A program made the position numbers and the translations under genes. Of a stretch of DNA of 64,000 bases, positions 1 to 8,568 are shown one piece after another. The stretch covers positions 1,116,001 to 1,180,000 of the forward strand of contig JABVCE010000009.1 of NCBI GenBank assembly GCA_014905635.1, written 5' to 3'. The notes below the pieces were generated by a model. It saw only the letters and a program-made list of their open reading frames with translations, did not search any database and was not told the DNA's origin. Within the stretch, counting starts at the first letter, position 1; each line of letters begins with the position of its first letter. This stretch comes from Scenedesmus sp. PABB004 (taxonomy: Eukaryota).

Positions 1-539
1 GCGTCCCCGGCGTGCGTAGAGGTGCACGCCGAGCCGTGGCGTGCTGCTGCTGCGTGACCTTCGTTTGGTGCTGAGCTGGGCGCGGCTGGCTCGGGGCGCG
101 GCGCGCGCGTGGGTGTGGGCGGCGGTGGGGGGAGCGTGGGCGGGCTTGCGGCAGGCTTTTTGGTGGTGGGCGGTGCGTGCGGCTGGCCTTTTGGCCGAGC
201 CGCCCGCGGGTCCTGGAGGGGGCTGGAGCTGGTGGGCGTTGGCCGGCGCGGGGCGGCGGTCGCCGCGGACCACGGCCCCGCGCGCGACGCCCAGCCGGCG
301 CACGCCGGCCCCGCAGTGTTGAGTCCACAGAGTCTCCACTAGCCGCCCTGCACGGCCTACACGCGTCTACCGGTCATCCTTCCCCAAGCTCCTAACATTC
401 GGTGCACCACGTCGCAGGGGGCGCGACTCTGCGAGTGACGGCCGGCGGGGCGCGGCGCGGCGCGGCGTGTGCTGCGTGTGCGCCTGGGCGGGCTTGCCGC
501 GGTTGGTGTGTGGTGCCCCTGCTGGCGGCGGCCTGCCCC

Positions 540-711
540 ACGTCGTTTGCGTGAGATGAGGCGGGGTTTGCGCTGGTTTCCCCCCGCTGCCCCTGTGGCC
601 CGGTAGGGCCTGCGCGGCGTGGCTGCACGGTCAAGAGGACCAGCTACCGTCCTTAAGGGGCGCGGGCCCGATGTGCGCGAGCATACGGGGTAAATGACCT
701 TGACCTTGACC
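540..711 (+). mobile_element. Short retroposon 3'-end copy 1 with (TTGACC)n tail; may extend further left
   Basis: Near-perfect reverse complement of 1029-1200; ends TAAATGACCTTGACCTTGACC. Confidence 0.7.
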
Positions 712-1029
712 GCGGGCTGCGCCGTGATGCCAGCGTAGTGGCGGCCCATGATGCGCGCGAGGCAGACGCCCCTACGCACGACGTGCCCCGAGCCAGGGGC
801 CCGCAGGCCCCCGACAAACGTGGCGCCCTTGGGCTGCCGCATCACGCTGCTCATGGCCCTGCCCGGCCGCTCGCCGCCGTGCACCCAGCGCTGCCGCCTG
901 CGCTGCCGCTGCTCGCGCTCGCTCTGGGCGTCCAGCGCAGCGAGGGCGCCGCGCGCCGCCACCACTGCCGCCAGCGCCGCCGGCAGGGCGTGCTGGGCGC
1001 AGCCCTCCGCCACCAAGTTGGCCGCGGTG

Positions 1030-1201
1030 GTCAAGGTCAAGGTCATTTACCCCGTATGCTCGCGCACATCGGGCCCGCGCCCCTTAAGGACGGTAGCTGG
1101 TCCTCTTGACCGTGCAGCCACGCCGCGCAGGCCCTACCGGGCCACAGGGGCAGCGGGGGAAAACCAGCGCAAACCCCGCCTCATCTCACGCAAACGACGT
1201 T
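1030..1201 (-). mobile_element. Short retroposon 3'-end copy 2 with (TTGACC)n tail and 6-bp TSD
   Basis: Flanked by GCGGTG at 1024-1029 and 1202-1207; excision restores the LINE reading frame (ALT-AANL). Confidence 0.8.
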
Positions 1202-1469
1202 GCGGTGAGCGCTGCCACTGCCGCCGCGCGCGCCGCCGCGCGCGACTGGTGCGCCCGCCGCTGCGCCGCCAGCCTATTGAGTTCCCCCACCTTGGCAATG
1301 AGTTGCTGCTTGAATGTCGGCCACCAGCCCAACACCGCCGCGTCGCCCGCGGGGGCGTGCTGCGCGTGCAGCCAGTCGCGCAGGGCGCGCTGACACACGG
1401 CGTCGCCTTGGAAGGAGAGGCGCAGGCGCTTGAGCCCCGGGCCCAGCGCGTCGCGCCCCCGCGGCAGTA

Positions 1470-1534
1470 AAAAGATAAAGATAAAGATAGTTACACCACA
1501 GGCTCGCGCCCATTGGTCCCGCGCCCCTTAAGGA
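1470..1534 (-). mobile_element. Related short retroposon 3' end with (ATCTTT)n tail and 5-bp TSD
   Basis: Shares GCTCGCGC.CAT.GG.CCCGCGCCCCTTAAGGA with copies 1 and 2; flanked by CAGTA at 1465-1469 and 1535-1539; excision restores the frame. Confidence 0.75.
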
Positions 1535-1585
1535 CAGTAGCAAGGCTACGACCGCGGTGTGGTCGCTGACCGCGCCCAGCCGGTC

Positions 1586-1852
1586 TGCGTGCCAGCACGA
1601 CGCCAGCTGCGGGGCGACGCCCGCCGACAAATGTATCCTGTCCAGCTGCCTCGCGGCTGGGGCAACGCCCGCCGACAAATGTATCCTGTCCAGCTGCCTC
1701 GCGGCTGGACAGGATACATTTGTCGGCGGGCGTCCAGCTGCCTCGCGGCTGGACAGGATACATTTGTCGGCGGGCGTCCAGCTGCCTCGCGGCTGGACAG
1801 GATACATTTGTCGGCGGGCGTCGCCCCGCAGCTGGCGTCGTGCTGGCACGCA
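1586..1852. repeat. Fold-back (inverted plus tandem) repeat array
   Basis: About 60-bp terminal inverted arms; five copies of ACGCCCGCCGACAAATGTATCCTGTCCAGC (2 forward, 3 reverse) joined by four CCAGCTGCCTCGCGGCTGG hairpin units. Confidence 0.95.
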
Positions 1853-1915
1853 CGGACCCGAGAAGGGCGTTACCAGGGACGCACGGACCCCCAATGCAAA
1901 ACATCTTGACGACCG

Positions 1916-1988
1916 CGACCGCGGTGGGGATCGAACCCACGACCCTCGCCTCCGGAAAGCGATGCTCTATCCACTGAGCCACGCGGCC
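1916..1988 (-). tRNA. tRNA-Arg (anticodon CCG)
   Basis: Full cloverleaf: GGCCGCG/CGCGGTC acceptor stem, GCTC/GAGC D arm, TCGCT-TTCCGGA-GGCGA anticodon arm, GTGGG-TTCGATC-CCCAC T arm. T4 run (Pol III terminator) at 1898-1901 and an upstream CAA motif. Confidence 0.92.
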
Positions 1989-2857
1989 CGTCCATTGGTA
2001 CACGGCGGAGCGACTGTGACATATGGACGCAAAACCTTAACTCACCGATTTTCGCGTTTTGTGGCGTTTGAGGGTTGCCGATGATAGATATGAAAAGCGC
2101 GATCCCGGTGCGCCAGCCGGGGGGCGGTTCTGCCAGGCCGGGGCTCAACCGCCCGGAGCGTACCGGGCCCCGCCGTGTAACCAACAACAAGAACGCCCGC
2201 ACTTGTCGTGTAACGGCGCTGGTGGCGAGCGGGCCGCGGCTGCGGCTGGCGATGCGGCGTGCCCTCCCGTCAGCGGGCACGTCGGGGCTGCCCCGCCCCG
2301 CGTGGAGGGGCCCGCCACGGCGGACGGGGCGCAGCCCCGCCTGATCGTGGGCGCCCCGATGGCGGCGGCCGGCGCGGCTGCGGCCGGGCCGGCTGCGCCC
2401 GAGCGGGGCGGCACGGGACGCCGCGCGCGCCGCGCGCGCGCCGCGGCGCCCCGCGTGGAGGGGCCCGCCACGGCGGGCGGGGAGCAGCCCCGCCTGCTCG
2501 TGCCCGGCCCGGTGGTGGTGGGCAGCACGGCCGCGACCGTGCGGGGCGGCGCGGTCCGCCCCGACCGCCGCGGCAGCACCAAGCGGCCCCGCCTGGCGGG
2601 GCCGCCGCGCGGCGTGAAGCGACGCGCCGCTGAGGAGCTGGCGGCGCCGCGGAGCCGCTCGCGGCGCAGCTGCTACGCCGGCGAGGGCTGCGGCAGCACC
2701 TGTGCCGCGGCCACCGACGCGGCCTCCCGCGCCGGCGGCGGTGCCGTGGAGCGCCTGGCTGCGCGGCTGCGCAAGGTGCGCGTCGGCGACGGCGCGGTGC
2801 GGCCGCGGCGCCGCGGGCCGCCGCGCGGCAGCGCCGCCCCCGCCCCCCGCCCCCCAA

Positions 2858-3609
2858 ATGCCCAGCCGCACTAGGCGGGCGCGGCGCGCCGCGCCGGGCT
2901 GCGCTGCGCTCCGCGTGGTGAGCCACAACGTCGACGGCCTCGGGGCGCGGCTCAGCCCCCAGGCCGAACACGGACTCCCCGTCGCGGAGTGGGGCCGGCC
3001 GGAGGCTGCGGCGCAGGCGTGGGTGGAGTTGGGCGCTGACGTCGTGCTGGTGCAGGAGGTCAGCGTGCCGCGCGCGCAGCTCGACGGCGTGCTGCGGCGC
3101 ATCAACGCGGCCGCCGAGGCGCACCACGCCGCAGTGCGTGGCGGCGCGCACGGCGGCTTCGACGCTGAGTTCTGCCTGGACGACGGCTCGCCGGGCTCGG
3201 CAGGCGTCGCCATCCTTTGGCGGCGCCGGCTGGTCGAGCAAGAGGCGCTCAGTGTGACGCGGGCTGGCTGGATGACCGACGGGGGCGCGGCGGCGGCGGC
3301 GGCGGCGGCGGTGCAGCGGCGGCGGCGAGGTGAGGCAGGGAGCTCGCTCGCTCGCGCGCTCACAGACGGCGCGCGCGCCGCCGGCCGAGCTCCGCCGCTT
3401 TGCTGGCGACTGGAACTACGTGGAGGACCCGCCCGCGGACCGCCGGCGGCAGCGCGGCGGTGCGCCGGGTGCCGGCGAGTACCCGGACGACGCGCGCTGC
3501 GCCGCCGCGTGGCGGCAAGGGGCGCCGGGCGCGGTCGACGCCTTCCGCTGGCGTCACCCCCGCACGCACGGCTTCACGTTTTCCCACCGAGGCAACGGCC
3601 ACCTAGCAG
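2858..3609 (+). mobile_element. L1/Tx1-like ORF2 APE endonuclease, N-terminal part (degenerate, frameshifted)
   Basis: ATG 2858 overlaps the end of an upstream ORF (stop 2874). Motifs LRVVSHNVDGL, DVVLVQE and GVAILW, then in a second frame AGDWN and DAFRWRHP...FTF. It stops at the tRNA half before the SRLD/SDH motifs. Confidence 0.85.
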
Positions 3610-3651
3610 CGCCTCCGGAAAGCGATGCTCTATCCACTGAGCCACGCGGCC
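3610..3651 (-). pseudogene. 5' half of tRNA-Arg(CCG), truncated in the anticodon stem
   Basis: 42 nt identical to 1947-1988; 3' half absent; upstream flank 3652-3797 aligns without gaps to 1989-2134. Confidence 0.9.
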
Positions 3652-4675
3652 GGTCCATTGGAAATTGGGGGAGCGGCTGTGAGATATGAACGCAAAATCT
3701 CAAATCACGGATTTTCGCGTTTTTGGGCGTTTGAGGGCTACTGATGATAGAACGAAACAGCACGATCCCGGGGCGCCAGTAGGGGGGCGGTTCTGCCGAA
3801 TGGGGGCCCCGCAACGCGCCGACACAGCGCCGCCGCGCGCCTGCGGCGCCGTGGCGCCCGTGGCGCCCGTAGCGCCCAGCGCGCGGGCCGGGGGTTCCTG
3901 GAGGGGCGCCCGGCTCCCGGGGGAGCAGCGCGCTGAGCCCCGCGCGCGCGCGGAGGCGCCGGCGCGCCGCGCGGCGGCGCCGGCCCCGGGCGGCCGCCGG
4001 CGCCTCGCGGCCGCGCCGCAGCTGCCGCGGCCCACGTGGCGCGCGCGCAGGCGCAGGCGACCGGGGGCGCGCGGCCGGCGCGCGGGGCTGGCGGCGAGCT
4101 GAGGCGGCGGCTGGCGGCTGGCTGCCGCTCGCGGGGGGAGTGCGCGCGCGCGCACGCATGTGCAGCTCGCGGGGACAGCAATTGCCGTCGTGGCGACCCA
4201 CAGACACGCACACGGGGCGCCTGCGCGGCGCGCCCGCGCGCCCCGAGCTCCCCGGGAGGGATCCGCGACGGCCGCGCGCCGGCACGTGCCGGCGCGGCCG
4301 TGCACGGCCGCGCGCCGGACGCAGCCCGCCCCCCCCCCCACCGGCGCCGCCGCCGACCGCGCTGCAAGCCGCGCGCGCGCGCGCGCGCGCGCTCGCGCCG
4401 GCGGTGTTGGGTTCGGGCCAAGCCGGGCCGGGCGCCCCCACGCGCCCGGTGGGGGCGAAGCAAAGCGAGAGCGCAAGCAAGTGCAGGCAAGTGCGGGGCG
4501 GGCGCAAAGGAATGAGCGCCGCGGCGGGCGCGCCGCCGCGCGCCGCCGCGCGGCGCTGTGCCGCGGCGCTGAGGTGTGCGGCCCGGCGGCGGCCCCGGCG
4601 GCGGGCCCCGTGTCGAGCCCCGGAGCCGCGCCGGGCCGCTGCGGCGCCTGCGCCTATGCATAGGCCTCTCCACGC

Positions 4676-7600
4676 CTAGATGTACACGTCGTGCTCGCCC
4701 GCGTTGACCTTGGCCATCTTGCGGGCCAGCATGCGCTTGGCGCTGTCGCTCAGCCCCGCGCCGCTCTCCGCCGCGATGAGGCGCTCGCCGAGCGCGCGCG
4801 CCTCGTCGTCGCCGTAGTCGTTGAGGTACTCCTGCTCCGGGGGGGGGGTAAGGGCAGGGGATGGGGGGTCAGAGGGGGGTCAGAGGGGGGTCAGAGGGGG
4901 GGGTTGGGAGGGGGGGAGGGGGGGGGGTCAGATGGGGTGTCAGAGGGGGTGTCAAGAGGGGGTCAGAGGGGGGTCAGAGGGGGGTCAAGAGGGGGGTCAG
5001 AGGGGGGTCAGGGGGGGGGGGGGGGTGTCAGCCGCGCGGGCGCGCGGCCCCCGCGCACGCAGCCCCGCCGTTGCCCTGCGCAGCCGCGCCGCCCCCTGCG
5101 CCGCCGCGCCCCGCGCCGCCGCGCCCCGCGCCGCCGCGCCGCGCGCCTGCAGCGTGAGCAGCGAGTTGGGGTGGCAGAAGTTGTGGATGTTGCCGGCCTT
5201 GGCGATCTTCATAAAGTGCTCCCCCGTGCGGCCCTTGCGGTAGCAGGCGGTGCACCAGCTGGGGACGTAGCCCTTGGCCATGAGGTCCTTCACGACCTGG
5301 GGTTCACGGGTTGAGGGGGCCAGGGGTCGGGGGGTTCAGGGGTTCAGGAGTTTGGGGCGTGGGCCGCGCTCGGGGCAGGGCAGGCACGAGAGAGGGAGAG
5401 AGAAAGAGAGAGGGAGAGAGGGAGAGAGAGAGAGAGGGAGAAAGAGAGAGAGAGAAGGGGGGAGAGAGAGAGAGAGGGAGAGAGGGAGGGAGAGAGCCCG
5501 CGAGCTGAGCCGGCGTCGCGCCCCGCGCGCCCCGCGCGCGCGCCCACCTCTGCCGCTGGGCGGTGGTCCATGAGGCTGAACTGGCCCGCCAGGTCGCCGA
5601 GGTGCTTCTCCGTCGCCGCGCTGTCGTCGCGGTGGTACGCGCCGACGTCGGTGCGGCTGCCCGCGCTCATCTGGGACATGCCCACCTGGGGGGGGGCACG
5701 AGGGGGGGGGGGGCACACAGCGCGCGGTGGTGCTGTCAGGGTGCGGCCGAAGCACGCGCGGCGTCAGAGCGCGGCGTCAGAGAGCGGCGCCTGAGCCTGC
5801 CCCGCGCGCGCCGCCGCCCGCCGCGGTGCCGCGCGGCCGCCGCGCCTGCAGCAGCTCGTCGCGCATCGCGGGCGACTCGCGCGTGGAGAGGATCATGCCG
5901 GTGTAGGGCACGGCGATGCGGATGATGGCGACGAGCTTCTTGAAGTTGGCGTCGTCGACCTGCGGGGTTTAGGGCGGCGGGGCGGGGCGCGGTTCAGGGG
6001 GAGGGACGGGGTTTAGGGCTGCGGGCGCAGGGGGCGGCGCGCGGGCGCACGCGCGCGCGGGCGTGAGAGCGCGGGGGGGGGGGGGGGGCAGAGAGGCAGG
6101 CAGGCAGGCAGGCGGGCAGGCAGGGAGGGCGGCGCAGCGGCGGCGCGCGCGGCGCGCGGCGCGCGCGCCTCGTGGGGCGGGCGGATGCTGAGCTCGCTGC
6201 CGTCGGCGGGGCGCAGGCGCGGCACGCTGATGGTGTGGGGCCCCGCGCCGTACTCCGCCTCCAGGTGGTTGCTGTGCATCAGCATCGCGAGCACCTCGTA
6301 CCTGGCGCCGCCACGGCGCGGCGCGGTGCGGTGCGCGGCGCGGCGCGTGGCAGTCAGTCACGCGGCGGCGGCGGCAGCCCCGTGCTGCGCGCGCGGCGCC
6401 TGCAAGGTGCCCCCTCCCTCCCCTTGGTCACACACGCACCTGTAGTCTGCCAGGCCAAAGAGGGTGCCGATGCCGACGTCGTCGATGCCGCCCCGGAACG
6501 CCCTGCCCGGCGGGGAGGGCGGCGGCGGGCGGGCGGTGGTGGGCGAGCGCGCGAGCGAGGGAGCGAGCGAGCGGTGGGTGGGGAGCAGGGGCGGCGGGGC
6601 CGCGCGCGCCGCGCCGCGCGCGTCGCACCTGTCCTGCGTGAGCAGGCGGTGCGCGTAGTCGCTCTTGGGGCCGCTGACGTGCATCTTCGCAAACGTGGGC
6701 TTGTGGTAGGTCTCCTGGAACAGCGTGAACGTCCCCACCTGACGGCACCAGCGCCAGCGCCAGCGGGCGCAGCGGCAGCGGCGGTCAGGGGAGGCCCGCG
6801 CGCCGCCGCTCGCCGCTGCCGCACGGGCGCGCTGCTGTCGCGACGGCGCCGGCGCGCCGCCCAATCCCCGCGCCGCGCGGCGCCGCGCGCTCACGCAGTC
6901 GGTGGCCTTCAGTCGGCGCATGTCCGACACGCTGAGCGTGGGGATCTCCACGTTGACGCGCCGGATGTTGCCGCAGGGGTCGGTCTTCACGCTGCTGATC
7001 ACGCCCAGCGCCTGGCGACGGGGGCGCGCGGCGCGGCGCGGCGGGGTCGCGCGGCGCAGCGGCGGGGTCGCGCGGCGCAGCGGGTCGGGCGGCGCGAGCA
7101 GCGCGCGCGCGCGCGCGCCGCGGGCAGGGCCGGGAGCTGCTGCAGCCGCCGGCGCCGGCGATGCCGCGCTGCGCTGCGCAAGCAGCCGCCAGGCCGGCTC
7201 ACGTGCAGGAACTGGTCAAACGTGTACTTTGGGTGCTCCCCCGTGAGCACGAGCAGCCGGCGGTGGCCCTGCTGCTCCAGCGCCGCGACCTCGCTGCGGA
7301 TGTCGTCGTCCGACAGCGCGGAGCGCTGCGCGGCGGCGGCGGCGGGCGGCGCGTGGGCGCGGGGAGGCGCGTGGGCTCGCGCGCGCGCGCGTCCTGCAAG
7401 CGCGCGCGCCCCGCGCCCCGGGCGTCCTGCAAGGGCGCGCGTCCTGCGAGCGGGCGTGCGCGCGCGCCTGCAGGGACTTGTTGCCCGCGCGGAAGGCGCA
7501 GTAGGTGCAGGAGTTGACGCAGTAGTTGGCGATGTACAGCGGCGCAAAGAGCACGATGCGGTTGCCGTAGATGCGGTTCTTGATGGCAAACGCGGTGTCG

Positions 7601-8150
7601 TAGACCATGTCCATGAGGTCCTTGTCGGCCACGTCGATGTTGAGCAGCGTCGCGCACTCGTCGACCGTCAGGCCCTGCACGTACTCGCTCTTGCCTGCCG
7701 CGGCGGCGGCGGCGGCGGCGCGACGGCAGCGAGGCGGCGAGACGGCGCGGGCGGTGTCGGGGCGGTGTCGGGGGCGTGTCGGACGCGCGGAGCCCGCGGC
7801 GGCGCGGCGCGGGGCGGGTGGTGGTGATCGGCGGCGGGCGTGAGCAGCGGCGGCCGCGCCGCCGCCGCACCCGGCGTGTAGTTGGTCAGGAAGCTGCGCT
7901 CCTTGGCGGCCTCCAGGATGGTCTTGATCGCGACCGGGTCCTTGGCGGCCGCCTGCGTCTTGGCGAGCGCGGCGTCGATGCCCTTGTGGTCGATGATGTC
8001 GTCCGCCGCCTTGTAGGTGTGCCCCTGCTCCCGCTCCACGCTCCACAGCAGACCACGCCGGCCCAGCGCCGCGGACAGGCCGCTGGCGAGCACGCGCGGC
8101 AGCGCGGCGCCCAGCGCGGGCGCCGCAGCGCGGAACAGCGACGGCAGCAT
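4676..8150 (-). CDS. HYDG: [FeFe]-hydrogenase maturase HydG (radical SAM), 11 exons
   Basis: FAPLYIANYCVNSCTYCAF (CX3CX2C), LVLTGEHP, LFQETY, GIDDVGIG, PHTISVPR, PSWCTACYRKGRTG...CHPN (CX2CX22C), ends GEHDVYI*. Exons join in frame. Confidence 0.96.
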
Positions 8151-8568
8151 GGCGCTGTCGAGGGCGCGCCGCCCTGGAGGTGGGAACTTGACGTGCGTGC
8201 GGCCGTGCGTGCGGCGTGTGGCCTGGCCGAAGTGTGGGCCGGCTGGGGGCGCGGCGCGCGAGACGAGCCGCGAGAACGCCGGTGTCGGACGCAAAACAGC
8301 GCCCGGCGCGCTGCCGCCGCCAGGCCGCGCGCGCCTTCGTTCCTCACGCTCCCCGCCTCCGATCATAGCGCGTCGCGCGCGCGCCGCACGCTCCCAACGC
8401 GCCTGGTCGCGACAGCGCCTGAAAATTGGCTGCGTGTCCGAAACGCCCTTCCGCAGCGCGCCCGGGCGCCCGCGCCCCGCCAAGCCCTGCTGAGCAGCGT
8501 GACCACATCCCCCTGCGCACGCCCGGCCCGCGGGCGCGGCCGCAGCGCGCCGGCAGGGCTCGCGCGCG
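8151..8568. promoter_or_regulatory. Probable bidirectional promoter and 5' UTRs of HYDG and HYDEF
   Basis: 418 bp between two divergent start codons of genes in the same pathway. Confidence 0.6.

Larger units (their letters stand above)
712..1646 (-). mobile_element. L1/Tx1-like non-LTR retrotransposon ORF2 fragment (end of APE endonuclease plus EN-RT linker), interrupted by short insertions
   Basis: Removing inserts 1030-1201 and 1470-1534 plus one TSD copy each gives one open minus-strand frame: LDRIHLSAGVAPQLASCWHADRLGAVSDHTAVVALLLPRGRDALGPGLKRLRLSFQGD...WWPTFKQQL...ALTAANLVAEG...RQRWVHGGERPGR...GLRAPGSG...HYAGIT. This matches the LDRI, SDH, WxxFK and RWxxxGER motifs of L1-clade ORF2. Confidence 0.8.

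Noticed and set aside
1..330. 3' end of another LINE ORF (Trp-rich frame 41-322)
   Set aside because: Plausible from context, but no diagnostic motif is visible.
540..1200. DNA transposon with 172-bp terminal inverted repeats
   Set aside because: The right arm has its own TSD and tail and interrupts a continuous LINE frame, so two independent insertions explain it better.
1586..1852. CRISPR array or MITE
   Set aside because: There are no unique spacers, the units invert, and the unit is LINE endonuclease coding sequence.
1469..1988. tRNA-headed SINE ending in the (ATCTTT)n tail
   Set aside because: A T4 terminator follows the tRNA, the body is LINE sequence, and the tailed piece is a separate insertion with its own TSD.
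3741..3770. Minimal hammerhead ribozyme (CTGATGA...GAAA)
   Set aside because: Stems II and III do not pair, and the paralogous copy lacks the intact core.
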